Below, one piece after another: positions 24,901 to 37,424 of a DNA stretch of 64,000 nt. Under the pieces are notes generated by a model. It saw only the letters and a program-made list of their open reading frames with translations, searched no databases and had not been told where the DNA came from. Within the stretch, counting starts at the first letter, position 1. The number at the start of each line of letters is the position of its first letter. The stretch covers positions 6,657,957-6,721,956 of the forward strand of contig MU053881.1 of assembly GCA_013239625.1 (NCBI GenBank). The letters run 5' to 3'. Origin of the DNA: Lama guanicoe. Its lineage: Eukaryota. The translations under genes were made by a program, and so were the position numbers.

Positions 24901-24913
24901 TGATGGTCCATTA

Positions 24914-25078
24914 ATCTAGGACAAAGGAGGCAAGAATATGCAATGGAGAAAAGACAGTCTCTTCAATAAGTGGAGCCTGGAGAACTGGACAGCTGCATGT
25001 GGAAGGATGAAATTAGAACACTTCCTCACACCACAGACAAAAAGAAACTCAAAATGGATTAAGGACCTAAATATGAGG
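24914..25078 (+). mobile_element. L1 ORF2 internal fragment (sense)
   Basis: Translates to [44 protein letters not shown], a recognisable post-RT ORF2p segment. Confidence 0.92.
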
Positions 25079-25095
25079 AGTTTTATGGCTTCAGG

Positions 25096-25236
25096 GCCCT
25101 CCAGGTCCATCCATGCTGTTGCAAATGGCAGGATTTCATTCTTTTTTATGGCTGAGCAGTATCCCACTGAATGAATACGCCACATCTGCTTCCTCCGTTC
25201 ATCTATTGATGGGCACTTGGGTTGTTTCCATGTCTG
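25096..25236 (-). mobile_element. L1 ORF2 C-terminal fragment (antisense)
   Basis: Minus strand translates to [30 protein letters not shown], the ORF2p C-terminus. Confidence 0.92.
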
Positions 25237-26849
25237 TCCTTATTTAAATACCTCATTCAGGTCAGTGCTGGAGGAAGTGAAGGACAAGATATTCAAGTGA
25301 AATTCATCTGCTTAGTCTTGGGTCCTCCAGTTTCTTCTCCTTCCCCTATTCACAGTGTTCTGACTTCTCACTCCCTCCTCCCATGCCCGTCACATGCTCA
25401 CGTCCACCTCATTGTCCTGAGCATCATGAAATCTTGGAGGTGGGAAGGCACCTCTGCATTCTTGGCTACTGCCTCCTCCTCCACCTGTGGCCAGAAATAT
25501 TCTACTTGATTGCTTCCAATGATGGGGGACTCATTACCTGAGATAAAGGGCCTGTGATTCTGATCAGTTGGGCTGTGGTAAGACATGAGTTGCCCTGATC
25601 TCAACTGAGATGTGGGGACACTAAGCAGGTGCCACTGTTACAATGCATAGGATTCCTAGGGGAGAAAAGGGACTTCTTAGCTGTGTCTGGGTGAGAGGCC
25701 GCAGGTCAAAGATGGATGCCTTGTATGCTGCAACGACGTCGCCCTCCAGTGTAATCATAATAGCTGGCGTTTACTGAGCTCTTACTGTCTGCCTGGTATT
25801 GTGTGCTAGCTCATTTAAACTTGCTGCTTCCGCTTTCACCCACAGTCTGATGGCAAATTTTTAGAGGTGACATTGCTAGAGGGAGGAGGAGTGAGTTGTT
25901 TCTGTCTGGCTCCTGCTCCAGCCTCTGGTTCCCGCTAAGGGTGGGTGAGTGGGTCTTGACCCCAGGACAGCCTGTGGGTCTACCTAGGCCTATGGGATCT
26001 AGAAATAGCCGTATGTATGGTCCAGGGCCTCAGCCTCGCATTCTCTGCAAAGGGGTCTGTAGAGGTGTGAAAGGACCCCCTTGTGCACCGGCCAAGCCTC
26101 CCCTTGCTGAGCAAGACCGTGATCTCCTCTTCAGCAACCTCGGACCTCTGATCTGTGGGTGTCCTTGGCGGTGCTTGCGCAGAAGGCAGAAGCCGTGCCC
26201 TGGCTCGGAGAGTGTGCAGTTTTCATCCGCCAAGCTCACCTAATCCAAGGGTACAAGTGTTTGTACGAGGTTCCTAACACTGAAATACCTCCCACTCATG
26301 AAACCCCAAGTGTGTCCATCCATCTCTCTTGCTTCTTTGGTCCTCATAAAACCCTGTGAGAGAGGCCAAGTAGGTACTGTTGCCTCTACCCTACAGAGAG
26401 GTATTACTGTCCCCATTTTACAGATTAAAAAATGATGCCCTGGGGAAGTGAAGCAACTTGCTTCCCGAGAGTTGGAATAAGAAATCAAAGCCAGGTCCAC
26501 CCGAGTCCTGCTTCTCTGCTTCTTCCACTCATTGTTTCCATGGGTTAGCTTTTATACTCACAGGACTTGGCTGGGGTCACATGGCTACAAAGCAGTGGCG
26601 ACAGAATTGATACCCAGAGACCACGGCCAGGTGTCCGGTGTGGGACATGTGGAATCGGATGACCCTTGCCAGCCCCTCTCTGGCTGGCTGCCTCCTCTCC
26701 CGCGGGTCCCTGCTGCTCCGGGCTCCCACTGGCAATCTATGGGGTAGGGGAAGGCTTGGCAACTCCTTCCTTCTCCCGGCTTCCCTGGCTGCCAGAGAGG
26801 CAGGTGGCTTCCCCTCATCTCCCATTCAAGGGGCATTGAGCTTGCAGAA

Positions 26850-27620
26850 GGCAAATGAATGAGCTCTTCAGCCAGGGAAGATTTTGTTGCTAAAATACAC
26901 AGTCTGATTATGAGTGATTGAGGGGCTGGAGAGAGAGACTGTAGTTAGTTGGCCGTGATTTGTTCTGATTTGAAGTAGTTCTAAACAAGCCACCGGGAGG
27001 CAGGGGCTGGGGGCTGCAGAGTTCAGTGCCGTGGGCCTTTGGCAGCGACACATTTCCCGTGGACGCCAGGGCTGTTTCTGACAATCCTGGACAGGGTTTT
27101 CAAACAGTTTTTCAAATCTGATTCGGTACATTTATCTTGTCTCCTTTCCATTTGGCACGAAAGCTTCGTCCCCATTTTGTCTTTCTCTCTCTCTTTTCTT
27201 TCTCCTTTTTATACATATATATTTTTTATTTTATTATATATTTTTTTCTCTCTTCAGCATCAGAAGTGAGCCGCAAATTAAGTGGAGGCGGCTTGGGAAA
27301 CCGAAACCAGCCTGGTGTGGGATAATGATGTTATCGGTGGCCCGGGATTCGTCGTGGCACTGCCTCCCGTGTCTGTCTGACAAGGAGAATCTGCTGGAGG
27401 GAATTCATCCCGTCAGGATTGAAGGCAGTAATTCGGGCCAGTGATTCATGACCCCTTTATGGGCTCATGAATACATTCATCTTCCAGATTTATCTCATTT
27501 GAAAATCCATGATCGTCCATTCCAGCAGGAGGTGGTGGAGCGGGTGCGATGGGCGGGGGGACAAGCCTCTTTGCAAATAAAGATGAAGGGGCAGGACTGG
27601 CGGCTCCTCCGTGTGATGGG
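26850..27620. promoter_or_regulatory. Candidate conserved non-coding block (enhancer and/or exon)
   Basis: About 770 bp with no recognisable repeat, retained CpGs, TGACA/TAAT/forkhead-like motifs and a long pyrimidine tract ending in CAG. Confidence 0.45.
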
Positions 27621-27929
27621 AAATGTGGCTCAGCGAAGAGGTTTCAGTTAGATGGTTCGAGAGACGACTGACTCAACCCCGCAATCAGGCCACATAGCTC
27701 CTCCCTCACCAGGAGGAGAGGACGACAGAGTCCGGCCCCCCATCTGTCCCTTCTGCCTTGGTTTGAGTCATAGGGTTGCCACAGCTGCAAGCAACCGCCC
27801 TGCTCCTGCCCTTTAAACCAGACTGAGCCAGCCACCCATCATTTGTGAACTCTCTGGGGGCACAAATGCCTGTTCAGGGATGAGGGCCCTGGACCGACCC
27901 CAACAGAGGCAGGATGAGCAGATGGGGAG

Positions 27930-28110
27930 CACAGACGCTGGAGCCAGGTCAGCCAGGTTCAAACCTTTGGCAGCTGCCGCATGAAACTGAGGGCATTACT
28001 TATATTCTCTGTGCCTCAGTTTCCCCATACAACTCTCCTATAGCCTGAAAGGAGTGAATATACATTAAACACTGAGCACTGCCTGGTACACAGCAAGTGC
28101 TCAATCAGTG
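27930..28110 (+). mobile_element. MIR SINE
   Basis: 'ctggagccagg...caggttcaaacct...ctctgtgcctcagtttccccat...gagcactgcctggtacacagcaagtgctcaat'. Confidence 0.8.
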
Positions 28111-29129
28111 TTGGCTACCACGCATGCTCCCCTGCTTTGCCCGCCAGCTTCCCAGAAGCTCTGTGCTTGACTCTGACGTCTGCTTCCAGTCCCTTTGGTC
28201 TGGGAATCGTCTGGACATGCCCCCTTTGGTTTTCTGCACCTGCATTTCCTGTATACATTTTGACCTTGGTCACAGCTCCAGCTCTGGCCCACCAGAATCC
28301 CCCACTCCTAAGCAGGCCCCCAACGGGAGGGGTGTTCAGACAGGATGAGAAACTTCAGGGCTGTTGTCCAGTGTTTGCAGAGCCGAGGCCCAGAGACAGG
28401 AAAGCACTTGCCCAGGGGCACTCACCAGTCCGGCGCTCGCCGCACTGGTCCACGATGCTTTGGATTGTGTTTTCTCAGCAATGTCGCTTTCTTTTCCTTG
28501 ACTGCATCTCAGGTTGGAGTCCTGCCTGGTTCATGGATACCGTCCCACTCCCAGGTGCTCTGGAACACGCCTCTGTGTCTCTTAAGGGACACCCAGATCA
28601 TGGTGACAAGATCTCCATGTGGCAGCCGTGGTCTCACAGCCAGTACAGTGACAGTGGGTGAGCAGGGTGGGTGTGGCACAGGACGCCAGCATTTGCAGAG
28701 AAATGTGCTTTTTTTTTTTTTTAACAAATGGACAGACGAGCCTGCCTGTATGAGAGTGGGGGCTGGTGGAGTCTAAGCTTCTCGAACAAGTTTTTTCTTG
28801 AGGACAAGAAAATAAATGAACCCTTTGCACACTGCTTCCTTTCTCTGCTTTCAAAATCATGCTCTCAGAACCTGGGAGCTTCAGAAACAACTTTTTGGGT
28901 CCCTGTACCTTAATGCTGGAAGGAACCTTGACTAGCTTGGTGTTTTCACCACTGGCAGTCCTGTTATCCAGGCAGGTTTGGAATGAGCTTGGATGAAGCC
29001 CACTATTCTGACGCTCATCCCCACACACATCCCCCCCGCCTTCTTTCTTAAGGCCAGGAGAGAGCACTGCATGCCAACTGCATTGTCGACACCCGTGGTG
29101 CGATGTGCACGATGGAAGAGAATGATGGA

Positions 29130-29320
29130 TCGGTCATAAGGAGCCTGGCTCTTTGGAGACAGAGCCTTGAGTTCAAATCCAGCCATTTGCCGGCAGTGTG
29201 ATCTTGGCAAAATTACCTTTTTGGTCTCTAAGTCTCAGCCTCCCCCTCTGTAAAATGGGCTAAAATACTTACGCTGCAGAGTTCTTACAAAGGTCAAATG
29301 AGCCAACACAGGCACTTTAT
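29130..29320 (+). mobile_element. MIR SINE
   Basis: 'ggctctttggagacagagccttgagttcaaatccagc...gtgtgatcttggcaaaattacc...ctgtaaaatggg'. Confidence 0.8.
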
Positions 29321-30889
29321 AAGTGCTGGTTCCTTCTCCTCTCCCCTTCCTCCCGCACTCAGGAGCCTGAGCATCCTGGCCCATCACAGGCTGCATCCCA
29401 GAAAGTGAGTCCTGGAAATGGGCGGGGAATCAGCCCTGCCGGGCCTGCCGGGGAGACACACAGGAGCCCCTTCCTTCCGTCATCTTGGGGTGTCTACCAG
29501 ACCCGCTCCGGGCAAAGTGCTCAGTGCAAATACAGCACCAGCCCCTGGCTCTGGAGACCCTCCCTTGGGGGAGGGCTCATCTCCTGAAACGGCTCAGGCT
29601 GGAGCCTGGGGAACATGGGCCGCATGCAGGTCCTTGCTGTGAGTTATTCTGATGGATTTCTCTACTGATGACACCAGGCTTGGCCCCCTCAGACACAGCT
29701 CCCTGATCTGAGGGCCGTCCTCGTGGGCTTTGCTTCACAGCAGACACACAACTGGGTTGCATCACTGCCTCCCTTTGCCTGCACCCCTCCTACACTCTGT
29801 CCCCCACCTCCACCTCCGCCCCTCATCCTTCCAGTCCCCAGACCCAGCACCCACCACAGCCAGCAAACACCTGTCACTCAGGACTCCTGAAAGAAGCCAG
29901 GGCTGGGGAGCTGCTTGGCAAAGGTTTGGTGGCCTAGAAATGGACTCTCACACATGGACTCGGGGCCTGCCTGGAGAAGGCGTGACCTAGTTGGATTGAC
30001 CTGATGCTCCATCCCACCCAGCCGTGCACACGGCCAAGTGGGGCCTGCTGCACTGTGCGTGAGAAACCCACTGGGAACAATGGCTAACGTTTCCCACACT
30101 GGTGCCAGGCACGGCCTTTCCAGACGCATGGAGGGGACTGCTGTTATTTACAATTTATAGAGAAGGAGACTGTACTTAGAGTCTGTCACAGCCAGCCCCA
30201 TGGTGGGAGGGGCTGCCTTTGAACTCTGGCTTTCTGACTACAAAGTACCGTGCTCTTAACCATGGAGCTACGGCCCCTCCTGGAGGGAGAGGAGCCAAAT
30301 GCCAGCTCTTTCTGAAACCCAGGCAAGGGCTGGTCCAGGATGCTTCCCGAGGTGCCAGCGCCCTGCGACTGGCTCTGTGCATCCTGTATAATGCCAATAG
30401 ACATAATTTATTAGGAAGGAGGAAACACCAACAAAAACAAGGAAAGACGAGAACATCCACAGAGCTCATACCCTGTGCTTCCTACCGTGCTGAGTGCTGT
30501 GGAGCATTCAAAGGCCCTGGCCCTGCCCACTTCTAGCTGCGTCTTGTAGGAGAAGTCGCCCCTTTGGACTCTCGGGCCCTCATCCGTAAAATGAGAAGTC
30601 CCTTACACAATGTCAATCTGGACACAATCTCTTAAGGGTGATCTGGTATTCTGTTGGACAACAGAGGTCCACAAGGGCTAATTGACTTTTCCAAGCTCAC
30701 ATCTCTCCTGAAGCTGGAGCCCACAGTCTTCCCACCATCTCCGGCCCCCTCTCCCTTTTCCACAGTCACGGCTGGGAAGGGAAGTCCCCTGACACACGTT
30801 CCCAAACTCTCTCCCTCTGTCAGGCCCACAGTGCGGCAGCCACCCCTCCGTCTCCCTCTATTTGGGAAGAGGGGCCCCCCAGCTGGGGG

Positions 30890-31200
30890 TTGATGTCTCT
30901 CTGCTTAATGACGGACTGTGGGAGGGTGGGAGACACACCCGATTTATCTTTGTTGCCTAAATACCTCTTAAATTCTCCCCTGAATACTTCTAATTCAGCA
31001 GAACGTGAACAATTACAGTGGGAAGCTATTCATAGGTGGAAGGGGGCTGATGGAATTATTTATCAAAGTGACATTTTAATTATAGTGAAGAATGAGTTTG
31101 TTGTCACTGAGATGGAAGGCGGCGGTACCAGGCCTCCACACACCCCTCCAGGGTAAATTAAAAATGCTCCCTTCTTCATGATAACTCCATTAGGTGCTGG
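30890..31200. promoter_or_regulatory. Candidate conserved non-coding element
   Basis: Repeat-free AT-rich block: gatttat, ctaattc, aacaatta (SOX), aattatttatcaaag (TCF-like), ttttaattat, gtaaattaaa. Confidence 0.45.
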
Positions 31201-32336
31201 AGACGCAGGAAGCACATGGCAGGTTCCTTCCGGGACATACTTCTGGGAGTTGAAGCAGTGCATCCCTGTGAGGCATTCTGCTTCGTGCTGGGAGGCTGGG
31301 GTAGGGGGTGTCTCTGGGACATGTGGGGCTGGTAGGCAGAAGCCAGATGGATTCAGAAGAGTCTTTCTGCTCTCAGGGGGTCCTTGCTCCTCCCCGCCCC
31401 ATCGTGGAACCAGGCCACTCGCCCACCGTATCCTGGTGTACACACTCTCTTCTAGCTGCGTGATAAATCCCAACTCTACACAAGTGTATACAGAAAAATT
31501 AAGCCATCTGGAGTAAATGAGCCAATTTCCTTAACCTCCCTGACTCCCAGCTCTACTCCTCTGAGGCTACCAGTGTGTCCAGATTCTCCTGAATTGGTCC
31601 TGAGATAATCTGCATATACAAGCACGTCATAGTCTATGCTGGCTTTGAGTTTCTCCTTTCATTACAGCTGAGCTGTTTTATCTCCCCAACTAGGAGGAAC
31701 GCAAGCAGAAGGCAGGATTAGGCTTCAGGCTTCTGTAGGGCCCACCCACAGCCCATCGCACAGCAGCCTTGTCGATTCCTACCACTAAGTCAGCACCTGA
31801 CCCACATCAGGCACCACACTTAGCACTTTGCAGAGGTATCAGTTCTGATCTTCCAACAGGGCACAGAGGGGTGGGTTTCTGTCCCCCTTTTGTAGATAAG
31901 GAAACCTAGATTCGGAACAGCTAAGCTAAGCCTTCCAAATCGCACCATGCGGAGCTTCTGGGTGGCGTGCCAGGCCTGCGTCTTCTCATTCAACATTTAA
32001 TAGATTCTTATCTATGCCTGACACTGTGTCAGAAATAATTAAGAGATGCTCTCTGATCTCACAGTCTACATGTGGGTGGGACACGGAGGAACGTGGATAA
32101 ATCAACATGCTATTATGTTGCAGTAACAGTAGGCTTAATACAATGTGCTTAATGTTTGGAAAGAGAAAGACTGATGTTTAAATATAAGCCCTGTCACTTT
32201 CTAGGTCATATGTGACCTTGGATAAGTCACTTGGTTTTTTTTCAGGGTTTAGTTTGGTTAAGTATAAAATGGGCATAATAATACCTACCTCATTGGGCTG
32301 TTACAAGCATTGGGTATAATATTTATAAAGAATTGA

Positions 32337-33150
32337 AGGGACGTGAATAGACAATTCTCCCAAAAAGATACACAAAAGGCCAATAAGCAACATGGCAAGA
32401 CGCTCAACATCACTGATCATTAGGGAAGTGCAAATCAGAAACCACAGTGAGGTACTACCTCACACACATTAGGATGATTATTGTCAAAAAAAACATAATA
32501 ACTAGTGTTGGTGAGGATGTGGTGAAACTGGAATCCTCAGGCACCACTGGTGGGAATGTAAAATGGCGCAGCTGCTGTGGAAAACAGTTTGGCGCGTTCC
32601 TCAAGGAATTGAAACAGAATTATCATGTGATCCAGCAACTCCACTTCTGGTTATAAACACAAAAGAATCAAAAGTAGGAACTTAAAATAGATATGTATAT
32701 GCTCATGTTCATAGAGCGTTATTCACAACAGCCAGAAGGTGAAAGCAAGCCAAGTGCCCAGGGAGGGACGAATGGATAAATACAATGTGGCCTCAATGAT
32801 CAATGGAATATTAGTCAGCCTTAAAAAAGAAGGGAATTCTGACCATGCTACATCAAGGATGAACCTGCGGGACATTATGCTGAGTGAGAACGCCAGTCAC
32901 AAGAGGACAAATCCTACATGAGATGGCCTATTACAGATCCCTGCAACCCACAGAGACAGACAGTAGAACAGTGGTTTCCTAGGGCTGGGGGAGGGGGAGG
33001 GGGATGGGGAGCTAGCGTTTGGTGGAGATGCCTGGTGGTGATGGTTGCACAATAGTGTGAATGTACTTAGTGGTCCTGAACTGTACACTTACAAATGGTT
33101 TAAGGTGATACATTTCCTGTGATGTTTATTTTACCACAATTTAAAAAAAT
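32337..33150 (+). mobile_element. 5'-truncated L1 (L1MB-like) inserted into a MIR, with probable TSD
   Basis: ORF2 end ('ctcaacatcactgatcattagggaagtgcaaatcagaaaccacagtgagg') plus 3' UTR and A tail; agaattga at 32329-32336 and 33151-33158. Confidence 0.9.
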
Positions 33151-33516
33151 AGAATTGAGAGAGCTCAACAAGGGCAGATTCTCTCTCTTCTTTTCTTTCC
33201 CTTCCTCTTGAACAAGCTAAACGGAGTGCCCACCACAGTCCCAGTTCTGGAAACACAGCTCCTGCCTCCCTGTGGCTCAGATTTTCACGGGAAGAAAGAC
33301 ACAAAGGCAGGTGATTATCTCTCCCTGTGATATGCGCTGTGCTGGCGGTCAGCCTAGGGTGTGGGAGAAACACAAAGGGTGCCTGGGATGTGGGCGTGCG
33401 CTCGTCTGCGTGTGTCTGTACACGCACACACCTCGGGTTGCCTTGGGAAGGTGGAGGGGGGCAGGGAATGCTGCCTAAAGGGGGTGACACCCCAGCGCAT
33501 GCTCCATCAGTGTGGC

Positions 33517-33546
33517 GATCAGCATGACAGGGATCAGCATGACAGG
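33517..33546 (+). repeat. Perfect 15-bp tandem duplication
   Basis: gatcagcatgacagg x2. Confidence 0.95.
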
Positions 33547-33639
33547 ACCTAGTAAGGCTGTCCTCTCCTTCCGAGGGGTTGTGCCCCCTCCAGGCCCGCC
33601 CCATACAGACCCCTCAGGCTAATCCAGCCTCCCTTTCCC

Positions 33640-33842
33640 CATCCAGCAGCATAAGAGAGAGGACTTTGAAGACACAGAGGAGGGAGGAGCCACAGATGGA
33701 AGGAGCCTGCCTGGATCAGAGGCACAGATGCACCTCCCCCTCGGCTCTGAGCTGCACTGGGGAGAGGTAAACTGTTACCATCTTCAGCCACTGAAACTCT
33801 GGGGCTGTTTGTTACAGCGTTTGTACTGTTCTGACTAACAGT
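33640..33842 (+). mobile_element. MLT1 (I/J-like) LTR 3' part
   Basis: 'gagccacagatggaaggagcctg...cagccactgaaactctggggctgtttgttacagc...ctgactaaca'. Confidence 0.7.
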
Positions 33843-34359
33843 CTAGCAGGGGACCTGGTTATTTAAAATAGAGATAGTCTCAGGAGTGGTCATGACAATA
33901 GTAAATCTTGCCCCGTCAGGTCGATGACAAACTGGGGGTGGACCATCACCAAATCACGAACCAGAGCCCAACCGCTAAGCCTCTGCAATTGATAAGAACA
34001 TTTCAGCCAGTCATCCATCCCCTTGTTGGGGATCTCACTTCTGACTCAGACTTGCTTGCCCACACTCCCTTTGCCTGCCTCCTAGCCCTTAGACTTCATC
34101 AGCAGGATGTGGCTCCCTGGTCCCCAAGCTTTCCCTCGGAGGAGTGGTATCCGGCAACTCTCACAGTGGCTGCGGAGTGCCCGGCAGGGACGGACTTCTG
34201 CCAAAGCCAGAATCAGGGTGCTCCGGGATGCTAGCTCCCCTGGTCTCTCCCAGGCTGGTCCTGGGAAGTGTGACGTTTCCAGCTGCCTCCTATCCACACT
34301 CAAGGTCATCCCTGCTTGCTCCGAGTTGCCAAACTTGCATCTGATAACACGAATACCAA

Positions 34360-34610
34360 TCACAGAGCGTGTACTCTGTGCCAGGTCCTCTGCTCACGAT
34401 TTACATGTCATCCCTTCTAATCCCCACACCGTCCCCAGGAGTTCTGAGCCATCCCCATCCCCATCCCCATGCTGCGGAGGGGGAAAGGGACACTCAGAGA
34501 GGGGAAGGGGACACTCAGAGAGGTGAAGCCCACCCACTCAAAGCCATCTATCCTGAGAGTGGCAGAGCTGAGATTTGAACCCTCGACTGTCTGGCTTCAA
34601 AACCTGCTGC
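34360..34610 (-). mobile_element. MIR SINE with internal 21-bp duplication and (CCATCC)n
   Basis: gggaaRgggacactcagagag x2 (34481-34522); 'gtggcagagctgagatttgaaccc'. Confidence 0.75.
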
Positions 34611-34689
34611 TCTGGGCCAGGCCTCAGGACTTATCTTGCGGGTCAGTGGGCTCCCAGGGCAGCCTCAGCTCGCAAAAAGAGTAATTTAA

Positions 34690-35005
34690 GCACCTGCATG
34701 TACTTCTCTCACTCTGGTCTGCACTCCCATGTCACCTCCTCTGAGGGCCTTCCCTGGACCCCTGTCTAAAATGAACACCCCGTCTCTCCCTCCCCCAGCC
34801 ACTTTCAACCCCTTACCCTCACTGCCTAATTTCCCTTCAGAGCATTTATATCTCTGAACTCGTGCATTTACTTGTGAATTAAGTGTCTCTCCCACACTAG
34901 AATGTAAGCTCCACGAAGACAGGAAAGTTATTTCTCTGCTGTACTCTGAGCTCTGAACAGCAGCTGGCACAGAGGAGGTGGTTGGTAAATATGTAAGCTA
35001 ATTAA
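34690..35005 (+). mobile_element. L2a 3' end
   Basis: 'atgtcacctcctctgagggccttccctggacc...tctctcccacactagaatgtaagctccacgaagacagg'. Confidence 0.85.
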
Positions 35006-36219
35006 TTTGAGACCCTGAACACCTAATCAAATTAGGTAATAACAAGTACCATTCACCTGGTACCTTTTAGGTGTTAGGAACTGTACTAGTGCTGATATGA
35101 AAGTATTGTCTCATTTTATTGAAGAGGTGAACCCCACCATTATACCCATTTTATCAGATGAGGAAACTTAGGTTCGGAGAAATGATGCTCCTGAGGCCAT
35201 CAGTACGAAGCAGATGAGGTGACAGCCCTGGCCTGTCTGGCGTCCAGGCTTGAGTGCCGAGCCTCTGCACTGCACATCCCTTCTCCCCTTGGGTTGACCT
35301 TGACCCTTGACCTGTGGCGATGTAGTCAGACGGAGTCACGGGAAACAGCCTAGACATGCGAAGATGGGGGACAGGGAGTGGTTTGCCCTGCAAGGATACT
35401 GGGCTCCCTGGGTGACCTCTTTTATCTCCTTCCCTGGGGGGAGCTGCGCGGGGCAGCCTCACTCAGAGAGCGGATGGGTTTGGAGAGGAAGTTGGAGGTG
35501 GGGGGGGTCCTCCCCTGGTCCTGCTCTGAGGCTGCCTTCCCCTGACTCTACCTTGTTAAACAGCACAGGTGCAGGTGAGTGACAGGCATGCTCATGAGCT
35601 GATAACTTGCTTTTTAAAATCTGGCAAGACTACAAACCATACATAGAATCCAGCAGGGAAATAGGACGTTCCCTTGAGGAGAAAGCTGGGTGGCCCCATG
35701 AGTGAGTTTATTAAATGTGCGGGATGGAAATAAGAGCGCTGGTCCTGCAGCCAGGCAGCTGGTGTCGCGTCTTGGTGGATCTGCCAGTCACGAACTGTGT
35801 GGCCTTGGGTGAGTGACAGCACCTCTCTGTGCCTCAGTCCCTCATCTGAGAAATGAAGACAACAGTGGCTGTGAAACAGAGGGCTGTGAATTAGATGAAG
35901 CATCCTGCAAGGAGGCTCAGTACATGGGTTTCTTAGGACCCTCCCTGAGCTTTTTACATTATGAACCTGAAAGGTTTAACTCTCCTGAGGGTCTAACTCG
36001 ATGCCCAAGGGCACATCTCAGCAAACCAGCAGGTTCTCAGGGGACCCATGAGAACCCATTTCAAGTCTGGACTGCTTGGACCAGGCTGGCCTGTTTCTCT
36101 CTCATTCTCTTTCTCTGTTATTCTTTCACTCACTCACTCATTCATCCATGGCCTCTGCTATGCAAGAGCCGAACTTGGTGGTGGCAAGAACAGAATCTAC
36201 CTAAAGTAGATTCTCCCAG

Positions 36220-36711
36220 TGCTAGGCTGAATGATAGCCCTCTAAGGATGTCCACACGTCCTCATCCCTGGAACCTGTGACTATGTTACCTTACATGGTC
36301 AAAGGGACCTTGCAAATGTGATTAAGCTAAGGATTTTGAGATGGGGAGATTGCCCGGAATTATCCAGGTGAATGGGCCCAGTGTAATCACAATGGTCCTT
36401 ATCAGTGGCGAGAGGAGGAGACTCAGAGAAAGGCGACGTTATGACAGAAGCGGAGGTTGAGTGATGCACTTTGACGACGGAGGAAGGAGCCACGAGACGA
36501 GGGATGCAGGCAGCATCTAGAAGCCAGAAAAGGCAAGGAAATGCCTTCCCCCTGGAGCCTTAAAGAGGGAACACAGCCCTGCCACGTCTTGATTTTCAGC
36601 CCCTTAAGACTCATTTCTGAAACTCAGAACTATAAAAATAATAATCGTGTGTTGTTTTGAGCTACTAATGTTGTGATAATCTGTTACAGCAGCAATAGGA
36701 AATACTGGTAC
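36220..36711 (+). mobile_element. MaLR LTR, MLT1D-like (near full length)
   Basis: 'taggctgaatgatagccc...gatgtccacacgtcctcatccctggaacctgtgactatgttaccttacatgg...gttacagcagcaataggaaa'. Confidence 0.92.
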
Positions 36712-37260
36712 CCCCTCCCCACCCCCTCACCCATCCCACATTATTCTGTGAGCCCCGCGAGGGCAAAGATCCTGTCTGTTCTGTTCTGAACTGTGTGGCC
36801 AGTGCCGAGCGTGGCAGCAGGCTCAGAGGTGCTGCTGCTCAGCGAAGAGCTGTCGGACAAAATGCCTGGCCCCCGCCCTCAAGGAGCACACACAAAGCAG
36901 CGTCCAAACCTACTCAAGGGAGGGAGCGCTGGCCTATGCTCGGGCTGGGGAGACCAGAAATGCTCCGACAAGAGTAACAGCGGTGCCTGCTAGAAATCGA
37001 ATCTCTGCTGGGCCAGGTGCTGGGTCAAGCACTTTAGAAGCACGGTTCCATTTACCCCTGCCAACAGCCCTACGGAAGATGGGGGATGGTGGCCCAGACT
37101 AAGAGAGATGGAGTAACTTCCCCCTAGTCACACAGTTGGCTAACAAATTTAAGTAGAACTATCTGGCTGCAAAGTTCATGCAATTTCTGTTGCAACAGAC
37201 AGCTGCCCTGTCATTTCCAAGGCCCACTGAGACTTTCACATTCTCACCTATTCTCCTCCC

Positions 37261-37293
37261 TACCACCACCACCACCACCACCACCACCACCAC
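37261..37293 (+). repeat. (ACC)n trinucleotide repeat
   Basis: About 10 perfect ACC units. Confidence 0.95.
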
Positions 37294-37370
37294 TGTCACC
37301 ATCTTAATCGCAGCATCTTATTATAGCACCTAATCCATGCAAGGTGCTGTGAAGATTACAAAGAAGTAAC

Positions 37371-37424
37371 TGTTGTTGCTGTTGTTATTATTATTATTAT
37401 TATCATCATTATTATTATTATTAT
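37371..37424 (+). repeat. (TGT)n/(TAT)n trinucleotide tract at a MIR tail
   Basis: tgttgttgctgttgttattattattattattatcatcattattattatta. Confidence 0.9.

Noticed and set aside
24914..25236. Canonical twin-primed (5'-inverted) L1
   Set aside because: Orientation is sense-then-antisense and there is no polyA tail
25737..25753. CTCF-like ACACTGGAGGGCG (also ACACTGGAGGGCAG near 53833-53846)
   Set aside because: Two mismatches to the core; too weak to call without ChIP data
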